NCBI GenBank assembly: GCA_045580345.1
Contig: JAZNNO010000026.1
Location: 13,562-77,561 of the forward strand
Source: Faecousia sp.
GTDB taxonomy: Bacteria > Bacillota > Clostridia > Oscillospirales > Oscillospiraceae
Reading direction: 5' to 3'
DNA length: 64,000 nucleotides
In this document: positions 1-9,404 of the stretch, one piece after another
How the letters are laid out: each line of letters begins with the position of its first letter
Numbering within the stretch: the first letter of the stretch is position 1
Program-made: the position numbers and the translations under genes
Notes under the pieces: model-generated
What the model was told of the DNA's origin: nothing
The model's input: the letters and a program-made list of their open reading frames with translations, nothing else
The model's database searches: none

Positions 1-138
1 GTAGCGGATTTCCCGCTGGCCAATGACCATTTGGGGTACAGAAAAGGCATTGCCCCGGTTTTCCACCGTAAGCTCCGATAGAATCAGCTGGGTGGTGGTA
101 GTACCCACATCCAGCCCCACACTGATCAGCTTACCCAA
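1..138 (-). CDS. eutA: Ethanolamine ammonia-lyase reactivating factor EutA, 5' part (runs off the window)
   Basis: Manual translation from TTG at 138: (M)GKLISVGLDVGTTTTQLILSELTVENRGNAFSVPQMVIGQREIRY, matching the EutA N-terminus (SVGIDIGTTTTQ); overlaps the ADH stop by 8 nt. Confidence 0.85.
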   Translation of the reverse strand, partial: MGKLISVGLDVGTTTTQLILSELTVENRGNAFSVPQMVIGQREIRY

Positions 139-1210
139 TACCCGTCACCTGAGAAAGGATCTTCCGCACAAGGGCTTCCGTAGGCGGTACGGGATTGGTT
201 TTGCAGCAGGGGTCTTCCAGTGCCGCTTTCACAATTTCCGCGGTCTGCGCCACAACCTCCCGGGGAGATATCCCGGCTTGGGCAAGAGTTTGGGGCAGCT
301 GCAGCTCTTTTCGCAGCCGCAAAAGGGCATTGCGTAAATTTCGCACCGCTATGGTATCCGCCGTACCACCCAAGCCTGCGCCCCGGGCAAGCTCTGCGTA
401 TACGCCGTAGGCAGCGGTATTATGCTCCACCACCGCAGGCAGAAGTATGGCATTGAGTCTTCCGTGAGCAATGTGGAACCGTCCGCCCAAAATATGGGCG
501 ATCGCGTGACACAGCCCCAGCCCCGATTGAGAAAAGGCAACACCTGCCATGGTAGCCGCCAAGTGGATATCCTGCCGCACCCCGGTATCACCCCGGTAAG
601 AGGCAGGCAGTTTTTCCAGCGCTGTGACGAAAGCATCCCGGGCCAGAGATTTTGACATTGCGCCCGCCCCGGCGGCTACATAACTTTCCAGGGCGTGGGC
701 GACCACATCGTAGCCTGCATCGGCAATGATGCTTTTGGGCAAAGTGTGCAGCAGATCCCCGTCCAAAATAGCCATTGCCGGCAGCAGGGCTTTATCCACA
801 AGGGGATGCTTACTGCCGTTATGGGACAATACCGAAAAATCCGTCACCTCCGAACCGGAGCCGGAGGTCGTGGGTATCGCCACCAGGGGAATGGGCTTGC
901 CGGCAAAGTAGATCATTGCCTTGGCGCAGTCCATCACACTGCCGCCACCCAAGGCCACCACCGTATCCGGCGCAAATTTCTGTACTAATGCCGTTCCCTC
1001 TGCTGCCAGCTCCACGGAAGGCTCTCCCTTTACCTCATAGAAATAGGCCACGCTGTCTGCTCCGGCGGCATCCTGGATCCTGCGGGGAACATCTGTATCC
1101 TTAAAAAAAGGCGCAGCCACCACCAAAAGCCGCTGGCTCTTTAGTTGCTTCAATTCCCGGATCGCGCCGTGGCCGGAAATGATCTTCGTCGTACAGAAGA
1201 ATGTTTCCAT
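131..1210 (-). CDS. Iron-containing alcohol dehydrogenase (EutG/PduQ-like)
   Basis: ALGGGSVMDCAK, IPTTSGSGSEVT, GLGLCHAIAH..HIAHG motifs; ATG at 1210 after AAGGTGGTG; directly upstream of eutA. Confidence 0.9.
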   Translation of the reverse strand: METFFCTTKIISGHGAIRELKQLKSQRLLVVAAPFFKDTDVPRRIQDAAGADSVAYFYEVKGEPSVELAAEGTALVQKFAPDTVVALGGGSVMDCAKAMIYFAGKPIPLVAIPTTSGSGSEVTDFSVLSHNGSKHPLVDKALLPAMAILDGDLLHTLPKSIIADAGYDVVAHALESYVAAGAGAMSKSLARDAFVTALEKLPASYRGDTGVRQDIHLAATMAGVAFSQSGLGLCHAIAHILGGRFHIAHGRLNAILLPAVVEHNTAAYGVYAELARGAGLGGTADTIAVRNLRNALLRLRKELQLPQTLAQAGISPREVVAQTAEIVKAALEDPCCKTNPVPPTEALVRKILSQVTGIG

Positions 1211-1291
1211 CTGTTCACCACCTTTGCTGTGAGTATTTCCCAAATGCAGGAAAATATGTGCATTTCTCAAAAAACTTGTGGAATCTCACAG

Positions 1292-1311
1292 CACTTTACC
1301 TAACTAAAGCA
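1292..1311. promoter_or_regulatory. Putative HisR (YerC/TrpR-like) operator
   Basis: CACTTTACCTAACTAAAGCA, near-palindrome with one mismatch to the recalled consensus YACTTTA-N6-TAAAGTR; a yerC-like gene ends the downstream operon. Confidence 0.6.
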
Positions 1312-1369
1312 GCAAATCAGCCATTCTTTTGTGCACAGTGCCAAAGTTGGAAAAAAACGCAAAAAACAC

Positions 1370-1398
1370 TTTACAACTTTAATTTGGTGAAGTATAAT
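1370..1398 (+). promoter_or_regulatory. SigA-type promoter of the amino-acid ABC operon
   Basis: TTTACA-17-TATAAT; a second CACTTTA half-site overlaps the -35. Confidence 0.65.
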
Positions 1399-1453
1399 AC
1401 AGCCATCAACCAACGGAGGGAATCCCCTCCACAATCAGAAAGGAACGATTATT

Positions 1454-2341
1454 ATGAAAAAGTTTTTAGCACTGATTTTGGCCGTTGTGATGATGGCCGC
1501 TATGTTCGCCGGCTGCCAGCCCAAGACCGATGACCCCACCGCTGACAAGACCGACACCACTGCCACCAAGGCTCCCGAAGCTACCGAAGGCACCGAGGCT
1601 ACCGAAGCTGCTAAGCCCGCAGACAAGACCGTTACCGTCGGTTACACCATCTACGAGCCCATGAACTACAAGGACGAGTCCGGTAAGCTGATCGGCTTCG
1701 ATACCGAGCTGGCTGAGAAGGTTTTCGCAAACCTGGGCTACAAGGTCATCTTCAAGGAGATCGACTGGAAGGCTAAGTACACTGAAGTGAACTCCGGCTC
1801 CATCGACTGCATCTGGAACGGCTTCACCTGCAACACCGCCGATGACGACGGCATTGCCCGCGCTGATAAGGTTGACTTCTCCTACAACTACATGGAAAAC
1901 CGTCAGGTCGTCGTTGCCAAGAAGGATTCCGGCATCAAGACCGCTGCTGATCTGAAGGGCAAGCTGGGTGCCGCTGAGACCGGTTCCGCTGGCGAAACCT
2001 ACGGCAAGGACACCTTCAAGGACGCTGTTATCAAGGGCTTCGATGTGCAGACCAAGTGCCTGCTGGAAGTCAAGTCCGGTACTGCTAACTTCGCAATTTT
2101 GGACGCACAGCTGGCAAAGAGCTACTGCGGTCAGGGCGACTACGCTGACCTGGAGATCGTTGAAGGTCTGGACAGCGAGGTTGAGTACTACGCCATCGGC
2201 TTCAAGAAGAACAGCGAGCTGACCGCTAAGGTCAACGAGCAGCTGGATGCTCTGGCCAAGGACGGCACCATTTCCGCTCTGGCTGACAAGTACGGTGTTG
2301 CCAACACCGCCATCAAGGACTTCTCCGACCAGAAGAAGTAA
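1454..2341 (+). CDS. Polar amino-acid ABC transporter substrate-binding lipoprotein
   Basis: Lipobox FAGC, Thr/Ala/Glu-rich linker, GFDTELA and YAIGFKK motifs of SBP family 3. Confidence 0.9.
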   Translation: MKKFLALILAVVMMAAMFAGCQPKTDDPTADKTDTTATKAPEATEGTEATEAAKPADKTVTVGYTIYEPMNYKDESGKLIGFDTELAEKVFANLGYKVIFKEIDWKAKYTEVNSGSIDCIWNGFTCNTADDDGIARADKVDFSYNYMENRQVVVAKKDSGIKTAADLKGKLGAAETGSAGETYGKDTFKDAVIKGFDVQTKCLLEVKSGTANFAILDAQLAKSYCGQGDYADLEIVEGLDSEVEYYAIGFKKNSELTAKVNEQLDALAKDGTISALADKYGVANTAIKDFSDQKK

Positions 2342-2367
2342 TCTCATAATCCCACAGGAGATACCAT

Positions 2368-3063
2368 ATGTCATTTTGGGAAGTTACTGCTTTCCTGCTT
2401 GACGGCTTCAAAATATCTCTGTTGATCTTTGCGGTGACGCTGCTTTGCGGCGCACCGCTTGGTCTTCCTATAGCCTTTTGTTCCATGAGCCGTTTCAAGC
2501 CAGTGAAAGCCATTGCAAAGGTGATCGTCTGGATCGTCCGGGGTGTTCCCCTGATGCTGCAGATCTTCATCATCTACTTTGTGCCGGGTCTTTTATTTGA
2601 GTTCCCGCTGTTTGCCAAGATCGATACTTACTTTTTCCTCGAATTTGGCATTTTGGACGCAGGCCGGGTCATCGCTGTTATGATCGCCTTTGTCCTGAAC
2701 TACGCCTGCTACTTCTCTGAGATCTATCGGGGCGGTATCGAAAGCATTTCCAAGGGCCAATACGAGGCAGGCTATGTGCTGGGTATGACCAAAAAGCAGG
2801 TCTTCCGCAAGGTTGTCTTGAAACAGGTGATTCAGAGGATCGTACCCCCTATGTCCAACGAAATCATCACTCTCATCAAAGATACCGCTTTGGCCAACTG
2901 TATCGCTGTCAGCGAGATCATCAAGCAGGCAAACGAACTGGCTGCTACCAAGGCTCTCATTTGGCCTCTGTTCTACACCGGCGCCTTCTATTTGATCTTC
3001 GTTGGTGTTTTGACCATACTGCTTGGCAAATGGGAAAAGAAGCTCAGCTATTTCAGGAGTTAA
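2368..3063 (+). CDS. Amino-acid ABC transporter permease
   Basis: RGVPLMLQ, YFSEIYRGGIESISKGQYEA, NEIITLIKDTAL. Confidence 0.93.
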   Translation: MSFWEVTAFLLDGFKISLLIFAVTLLCGAPLGLPIAFCSMSRFKPVKAIAKVIVWIVRGVPLMLQIFIIYFVPGLLFEFPLFAKIDTYFFLEFGILDAGRVIAVMIAFVLNYACYFSEIYRGGIESISKGQYEAGYVLGMTKKQVFRKVVLKQVIQRIVPPMSNEIITLIKDTALANCIAVSEIIKQANELAATKALIWPLFYTGAFYLIFVGVLTILLGKWEKKLSYFRS

Positions 3064-3064
3064 T

Positions 3065-3814
3065 ATGATACTGGAAGTTAAAAATATCAAAAAAGATTTC
3101 GGCAAAACCAAGGTTTTGAAGGATGTCAGCTTTTCTTTGGAAAAGGGACAGGTTTTGGCCATTATCGGTTCTTCCGGCAGCGGCAAAACTACGCTTTTGC
3201 GGTGTCTGAACTTTTTGGAGACCCCGGATTCCGGTGAGATCACCGTAAACGGCAAGACTTTGTTCTCTGCCGGCACCAAGTACACCGACGATCAGATCCG
3301 GGAGAATCGACTGCATTTCGGCTTGGTTTTCCAAAATTTCAATCTGTTCCCCCAATACAATGTGCTGCAGAATGTCACCCTGGCTCCCAGCCTGCTGAAC
3401 AAAGGCACAGCCGAAGAGTTGGATGAATTGGGCAAGAAACTGCTTACTCAGGTAGGCCTGGCGGACAAGTTGGAAAGCTATCCCTGTCAGCTCTCCGGCG
3501 GTCAGCAGCAGCGGGTGGCCATCGCCCGGGCGCTGGCTATGCATCCGGAGATCCTCTGCTTCGACGAGCCCACCAGCGCGCTGGATCCGGAGCTGACCGG
3601 CGAAGTGCTGCGTGTTATCCGCAGTCTGAAGGGTGAGGACAGCACCATGATCGTGGTCACCCACGAGATGGACTTTGCCCGGAGCGTTGCCGATGTGATC
3701 ATCTATATGGCCGACGGTGTCATTGAAGAGATCGGCACGCCCGAGGAGGTCTTTGACAACCCCAAGAGCGAAAAGACCCGTGCATTCCTCCACGGATTCC
3801 GGGAGAGCTTCTAA
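3065..3814 (+). CDS. Amino-acid ABC transporter ATP-binding protein (GlnQ family)
   Basis: [33 protein letters not shown]; ATG at 3065 follows the permease stop. Confidence 0.93.
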   Translation: MILEVKNIKKDFGKTKVLKDVSFSLEKGQVLAIIGSSGSGKTTLLRCLNFLETPDSGEITVNGKTLFSAGTKYTDDQIRENRLHFGLVFQNFNLFPQYNVLQNVTLAPSLLNKGTAEELDELGKKLLTQVGLADKLESYPCQLSGGQQQRVAIARALAMHPEILCFDEPTSALDPELTGEVLRVIRSLKGEDSTMIVVTHEMDFARSVADVIIYMADGVIEEIGTPEEVFDNPKSEKTRAFLHGFRESF

Positions 3815-3826
3815 GCAGGAGGCTCT

Positions 3827-4096
3827 ATGGGAAAGAATGAAAAAATCGCTACGCTGTACCGCATTATAGCCGACTTGGATTCGGCTGAGGAATGCGAGCT
3901 GCTTTTTGAGGATCTTTGCACCAAGAAGGAAGTGGAGAAAATGGCTGAGCGACTCTATGCCGCAAAGCTGCTGATGGAGGGCAAGACCTACAATCAGGTC
4001 ATTGCCGAGACAGATATCTCCTCCGCCACCTTGAGCCGGATCTCCCGGTGTGTGCAGTACGGCGAGGGTTACACCAAAGTACTGAAAGAAAAATAA
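3827..4096 (+). CDS. TrpR-like YerC/YecD (HisR) regulator
   Basis: FEDLCT..E...MAERL.AAKLL..GKTY..ISSATLSRISRCVQYGEGY. Confidence 0.88.
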   Translation: MGKNEKIATLYRIIADLDSAEECELLFEDLCTKKEVEKMAERLYAAKLLMEGKTYNQVIAETDISSATLSRISRCVQYGEGYTKVLKEK

Positions 4097-4133
4097 AAAC
4101 ACGGCTGTACCGAATTGGTGCAGCCGTGTTTTT
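4095..4133. terminator. Bidirectional intrinsic terminator
   Basis: AAAAACACGGCTGTACC-GAATT-GGTGCAGCCGTGTTTTT between convergent genes. Confidence 0.85.
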
Positions 4134-4142
4134 CTGTATAGG

Positions 4143-4907
4143 TCAAGCCTTTGGGGATTTTCGGAATGCGGTGGGATTGATGCCTGTATGCCGGCGGAAG
4201 GCATTGGAAAAATAGTACACATCGCTATATCCGCATTTTTCAGCAATTTGCGTTACGGTCAAATCACTTTCCAGCAGAAGCTGCTTGGCCTGCTGCATTC
4301 GCAAGCCTATAAAATACTGTTTGGGCGTAGTGTTGAGCTGACGGCAGAATTTCCAAATCAGTCCTGTGGTGCTTAATCCCGCGATTTCTGCCAACACTTC
4401 CATTTTCACCGGCTCCGCCAAATGGGTTTGCATATACTCCAGCACCCGGACAATATCCCCGCTATAGGCCGAATCTGCGGTTTTCATGGAAAACAAATAG
4501 TTTTCCGCAAGGATATGCTCTGCAATATGCCGAAGCATATCTGTCTGATCCGCCGCCGTTTTTACGCAATGCAAACTCCTGGCAATGGCAGCCACCTGTT
4601 CCTTTGGAATCGTCAAAATGCCCGGGCGCAACTTGGCTGTAACGGGGTGTTCTTCGCACCGAATATGGAATTGGTGGAAATCGATAGGCTCCTGGATCTT
4701 GCGGATAAACTGGGTATTGGGGGGAATATAAGAGATCATATTGGGCAAAACGGTATATCTCTGCCCGGTTTCCGGCAATTCCAGGGTATACCGTCCCGCT
4801 GTTGTAAGCATCAAGATCCCCCAAGTCCGCACGCCGGATTCCAATTGAAACGTGTCCCAGTTTTCCCTCATGTTGTAAAATAGCACACAATCTTTCAAAG
4901 CGACCAC
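4143..4907 (-). CDS. AraC-family transcriptional regulator
   Basis: C-terminal AKQLL..SDLTVTQIAEKCGYSDVYYFSNAFRRHTGINPTAFR. Confidence 0.9.
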   Translation of the reverse strand: MVALKDCVLFYNMRENWDTFQLESGVRTWGILMLTTAGRYTLELPETGQRYTVLPNMISYIPPNTQFIRKIQEPIDFHQFHIRCEEHPVTAKLRPGILTIPKEQVAAIARSLHCVKTAADQTDMLRHIAEHILAENYLFSMKTADSAYSGDIVRVLEYMQTHLAEPVKMEVLAEIAGLSTTGLIWKFCRQLNTTPKQYFIGLRMQQAKQLLLESDLTVTQIAEKCGYSDVYYFSNAFRRHTGINPTAFRKSPKA

Positions 4908-5012
4908 CTACTGTAATTTTTTATAAAAAAATTATAAATCTCTCCATTGTGTTTGTCAACAGCAGGTGCTATTCTGTTGTATATACTACAAAATTCACAG
5001 GAGGAACTGCTT

Positions 5013-6818
5013 ATGCAACCAAACGGGCTATTGAAAAAAACATTAAATTGTGACCTTTGCGTAATTGGTGGCGGTCTTTCCGGTTCCTTTGCCGCACTTG
5101 CTGCTGCAAGACACGGCGCCAAGGTCGTCCTGATGCAAGACCGGCCAATGCTGGGCGGCAATGCCTCTTCCGAGATCCGTATGTGGGTCCGGGGCGCAAA
5201 AGGCGTTTTCAACAAAGAATCCGGGCTTTTGAAAGAACTGGAAGAGCGCAACATCCACGGCAATCCCACCCTGGTGCATTCTCTGTTCGATGCTACGCTT
5301 TACGGAATGCTCCGGGAAAACGAAAACATCACGATGCTCCTTAACACCAGCTGCTTGGATGCCAAAGCAGAAAACGGACATATCCGGCAAATCACCGGCT
5401 GGCAATTGACCACTTATACATATTTTACCGTGAAAGCAAGCATCTTTATGGATTGCTCCGGCGACAGCATTTTGGCGCCTCTGGTCGGGGCTCAGTACAC
5501 CCACGGCAGAGAAGCCACCGCCGAATACGGTGAGAGCCTTGCCCGGGAAAAAGCAGACAGCCGCACCATGGGTATGTCGATCATCCTGGCAGCCCGGGAA
5601 TTGGATCACCCGGTCAAATTCGTGCGGCCGGACTTTGCCAATATTTACCCGGATGACAGCTGTTTTGCCGGTGATGTGGGTGAAAGTGTACATGCGGCGG
5701 TGAGAGATCACAAGATCGAAACCAGCGGCGCAAATCTTTGGTGGGTCGAACTGGGCGGTGAGCTCGACAGCATTCACGACACTGAGCAGGTACGGGATGA
5801 GCTGTTGGCGGCCATCTACGGCGTATGGGATCATATCAAAAACCAGGGTGATCACGGTATGGAAAACTGGGATCTGGATTGGGTAGGCTTCCTTCCCGGA
5901 AAGCGGGAAAGCCGGCGCTACATCGGTCTTTATGTGATGACCGAACAGGATGTGGTTTCCGGTGGGCATTTTGACGATGAGATCGCCTATGGCGGCTGGC
6001 CCTTGGACGACCACAATCCCTACGGAATGCGGCGCGGTGGCGATAAGCAGTTTTCCTCCATCGTGATCCCGGTAAAAGAGCCTTACGGAATCCCTCTGCG
6101 CTGCCTGTGCTCCAAGAATGTGGACAATTTGATGTTCGCCGGCAGAAATATCAGTGTCACCCACACTGCGCTTTCTTCCACCCGGGTCATGGCCACCTGC
6201 GCGGTGATCGGACAGGCCGCAGGCACTGCCGCGGCGCTGGCACTGGAAAAGGGTATTTCTCCCAAGGACGCTGTATTGCAGCACTACAAAACTGTACAAA
6301 AACGGCTGATGGATGACGGTGCATTCCTTCCCCATATACCCAGAGAGATCTCCCAGCTGACAAAACGGGCAAAGCTGAATATACCGGAAGATGACCGGCA
6401 GCGGCTGCTGAACGGACTGGAGCGCCCCCGCGTGGAGGGTGACGAAAACGGAATCTGGCAAGAATTGGGAGACACTTTGCAGCTAAGCTTTGACCAGCCG
6501 CAAAAAATCGCATCCCTGCGCCTGCAATTCGACCCGGATTTCTCCCGTTTGTCCATATCTGACAACTGGAAAATGCGTTTGTTTGCAATGAAGCTTCATA
6601 CCGGAAAGGATTTTGCACCGGTTCGTGTTGCTGCAACCATCGTAAAGGATTTTATTGTATACGCTGACGGGAAAGAGGTTGCCCGTATCGAGAACAATTA
6701 TCTCAGCTTGGTTAAGGTGCCGCTGCATATACAGGCAAAAGAGATCACAGCAAAGTGGCTTGCCACCAACGGCGCGGAAAAAGTACATCTGTTCTCTGCT
6801 GATCTTTTAGAAAATTGA
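5013..6818 (+). CDS. FAD-dependent oxidoreductase (PF12831-like)
   Basis: VIGGGLSG..AALAAARHG, LGGNASSE, DCSGD, KRESRR, NLMFAGRNIS..RVMATC; ATG at 5013 after GGAGG. Confidence 0.85.
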   Translation: MQPNGLLKKTLNCDLCVIGGGLSGSFAALAAARHGAKVVLMQDRPMLGGNASSEIRMWVRGAKGVFNKESGLLKELEERNIHGNPTLVHSLFDATLYGMLRENENITMLLNTSCLDAKAENGHIRQITGWQLTTYTYFTVKASIFMDCSGDSILAPLVGAQYTHGREATAEYGESLAREKADSRTMGMSIILAARELDHPVKFVRPDFANIYPDDSCFAGDVGESVHAAVRDHKIETSGANLWWVELGGELDSIHDTEQVRDELLAAIYGVWDHIKNQGDHGMENWDLDWVGFLPGKRESRRYIGLYVMTEQDVVSGGHFDDEIAYGGWPLDDHNPYGMRRGGDKQFSSIVIPVKEPYGIPLRCLCSKNVDNLMFAGRNISVTHTALSSTRVMATCAVIGQAAGTAAALALEKGISPKDAVLQHYKTVQKRLMDDGAFLPHIPREISQLTKRAKLNIPEDDRQRLLNGLERPRVEGDENGIWQELGDTLQLSFDQPQKIASLRLQFDPDFSRLSISDNWKMRLFAMKLHTGKDFAPVRVAATIVKDFIVYADGKEVARIENNYLSLVKVPLHIQAKEITAKWLATNGAEKVHLFSADLLEN

Positions 6819-6823
6819 CAATG

Positions 6824-6857
6824 AAAAACCCGGCTCAATGGAGCCGGGTTTGTTTTT
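6824..6857. terminator. Bidirectional intrinsic terminator
   Basis: AAACCCGGCTC-AATG-GAGCCGGGTTT flanked by A/T tracts. Confidence 0.8.
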
Positions 6858-8634
6858 ATTGCAGATGAGATTCGTTGATGAGGATGTGGACATCGTCAAG
6901 CTGCTTCTGAGAAACAGTGGTGGGTGCATCCATCATAATATCCTGGGCATTCTTGTTCATGGGGAAGGTGATGACCTCGCGGATGCTCTCCTCGCCGCAC
7001 AGCAGCATCACGATACGGTCGATGCCGGGGGCTGCGCCTGCGTGGGGAGGTGCGCCGTAGGTGAAGGCATTGTACATTGCAGGGAACTTAGCCTTCACAT
7101 CCTCTTCGCCCAGGCCCACCATCTGGAAGGCCTTGACCATGATCTCGGGATCGTGGTTACGGACAGCGCCGGAGGCGGATTCATAGCCGTTGACCACCAG
7201 GTCATACTGGTTGGCATTGATAGCCAGCAGTTTCTCCTGGTCGCCCTCGGCAGCCAGCAGGGTCTCCATACCGCCCTGGGGCATGGAGAAGGGATTGTGG
7301 CAGAATTCCAGCTCGCCGGACTCCTCGCCCATCTCATACATGGGGAAGTCCACGATCCAGCACATTGCGTACTGATCCTCGTCGAAGTGGCCGGGGATGC
7401 GGCGACCCATCATGGTACGGATCACGCCGGCGGTCTTCTGTGCGGCGGTCTTCTTACCGGCTGCCATACAGACGAATGAACCGGGCTTCAATTTCAGCTT
7501 TTCAGTGAGCACTGCGGTGTAGTCGGTGAGGAACTTGGAAACGCCGCCGGTGAGCTGGCCATTCTCGTCCACCTTCACCCAGCAGGCCTTGTTGCCGGTC
7601 TGCACTTCCACATCGTTTAAGAGCTTATCGATCCACTTACGGCCTTCGGCAAAGTTGTCCACAGCCACGGCCTTAACAGTAGCATTCTGGAAAGGACCGA
7701 ATTCACAGCCCTGGACCTCTGCGGTAATGTCCTGGACCTCCAGGTCGATACGCAGGTCGGGCTTGTCAGAGCCGTAGCGCTCCATGGCCTCGTTAAAGGG
7801 AATGTGGCGCCAGGGCCAGGGAGAGACCCGGTCATACTTACCGAAGTTTTGGAACACAGGGCCCAGCACCTCTTCCAAAGTGGACAGCACATCCTCCTGG
7901 GTGGCAAAGGCCATTTCCATATCCAGCTGATAGAACTCACCGGGGGTACGGTCAGCACGGGCATCCTCGTCACGGAAGCAGGGTGCTATCTGGAAATACT
8001 TATCAAAGCCGGAGGTCATCAGCAGCTGCTTGAACTGCTGGGGTGCCTGGGGCAGCGCATAGAACTTGCCGGGGTGGTTCCGGGCAGGTACCAAATAGTC
8101 ACGGGCGCCCTCGGGAGAAGAAGCCGTCAGAATGGGAGTGGTGATCTCCAAGAAGCCCTTCTCGGTCATACGGCGGCGGATATCAGCCACCACCTGGCAG
8201 CGCAGGATGATGTTCTGCTTCACAGCAGGGTTACGCAGATCCAAATAGCGGTACTTGAGGCGCACATTCTCGTCTGCATCCTTACTCTTATTGATCTCAA
8301 AGGGCAGGCTGTTGTGAACACATTTGCCCAGCACCTTGATAGCGGTGGGAACCACCTCGATCTCACCGGTGGCCTGCTTGGGGTTCTTGCTCTCACGCTC
8401 CCGGACAGTACCGGTGACGGAAATGGTAGTTTCCTTGTTAAGGCCCTTGATGGCCTTCATCATTTCTTCGGTCTCAACGACCACCTGGGTAGTGCCGTAG
8501 AAGTCACGGAGCACCACAAAGGCAAAATTTGCGCCAACCTCACGGACATTCTCCATCCAGCCGACGATGGTTACATTCTCACCGGCATTACACAGGCGAA
8601 GCTCTCCGCAGGTATGGGTTCTGGATTGCATCAT
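6856..8634 (-). CDS. aspS: Aspartate--tRNA ligase
   Basis: RTHTCGEL, RLKYRYLDLR, PEGARDYLVP, YALPQAPQQFKQLLM, CFRDED, GAPPHAG. Confidence 0.97.
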   Translation of the reverse strand: MMQSRTHTCGELRLCNAGENVTIVGWMENVREVGANFAFVVLRDFYGTTQVVVETEEMMKAIKGLNKETTISVTGTVRERESKNPKQATGEIEVVPTAIKVLGKCVHNSLPFEINKSKDADENVRLKYRYLDLRNPAVKQNIILRCQVVADIRRRMTEKGFLEITTPILTASSPEGARDYLVPARNHPGKFYALPQAPQQFKQLLMTSGFDKYFQIAPCFRDEDARADRTPGEFYQLDMEMAFATQEDVLSTLEEVLGPVFQNFGKYDRVSPWPWRHIPFNEAMERYGSDKPDLRIDLEVQDITAEVQGCEFGPFQNATVKAVAVDNFAEGRKWIDKLLNDVEVQTGNKACWVKVDENGQLTGGVSKFLTDYTAVLTEKLKLKPGSFVCMAAGKKTAAQKTAGVIRTMMGRRIPGHFDEDQYAMCWIVDFPMYEMGEESGELEFCHNPFSMPQGGMETLLAAEGDQEKLLAINANQYDLVVNGYESASGAVRNHDPEIMVKAFQMVGLGEEDVKAKFPAMYNAFTYGAPPHAGAAPGIDRIVMLLCGEESIREVITFPMNKNAQDIMMDAPTTVSQKQLDDVHILINESHLQ

Positions 8635-8890
8635 ATTAAAAGTCCCCTTATTGTTCAATTTGATAGCTTATTTTCTCACAAAAACCCGCAAATGTCAATG
8701 ACTATGGTATGGGATTTTATTTTATATACACATTTTCCACAAATTTGCCCATCTCGAAAAATTTTTTATGTGAATACTATGAAAAGTTGAAATTTTTGCA
8801 TTTTTTCCATTGATTTTGTGGGAGTTTTGTCATACAATAGTTGGGCACGCGCCATCAGGCAGCAAAAGTGACGAATCCGAGGTGATCAGA

Positions 8891-9373
8891 ATGCTGAATA
8901 TCGTTCTGGTAGAACCGGAAATTCCGCAAAACTGCGGCAATATCGCCCGCACCTGCGCTGCCACCGGCTGCAATCTCCACTTGATCCGTCCTTTGGGCTT
9001 TGACATTTCCGAAAAAGCCGTAAAGCGGGCTGGTCTTGACTACTGGAATTTGGTAAATGTCCGGGATTATGAGAATTTGGAGGACTTCTTTGCAAAGAAT
9101 GATGTCCGCCAAATGTGGTGTCTTTCTACAAAAGCTCCCCGGTGCTATACTGAGGCTAAGTTTGAGGATGGGTGCTACCTGTTCTTCGGCAAGGAGACCA
9201 AGGGCCTGCCGGAGGATTTCCTGGATTCCCACTTTGATGCGTGTGTGCGCATCCCTATGCGGGCAGAAGCTCGCAGTCTGAACTTAAGCAATGCGGTGGC
9301 TATCACCGTTTTTGAAGCCCTGCGGCAATTGGATTTCCCAGGATTGCAGGACTTTGGCAAAATGAAAATCTAA
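8891..9373 (+). CDS. trmL: tRNA (cytidine/uridine-34-2'-O)-methyltransferase
   Basis: LNIVLVEPEIPQNCGNIARTC, KRAGLDYW, FGKETKGLP, RSLNLSN (SPOUT fold). Confidence 0.93.
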   Translation: MLNIVLVEPEIPQNCGNIARTCAATGCNLHLIRPLGFDISEKAVKRAGLDYWNLVNVRDYENLEDFFAKNDVRQMWCLSTKAPRCYTEAKFEDGCYLFFGKETKGLPEDFLDSHFDACVRIPMRAEARSLNLSNAVAITVFEALRQLDFPGLQDFGKMKI

Positions 9374-9404
9374 ACAATGCAAATACATTACGGAGGAATG
9401 AACA

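Noticed and set aside
8635-8890. T-box leader for aspS
   Set aside because: Leader after the TTGACA promoter is too short and lacks the T-box sequence and terminator
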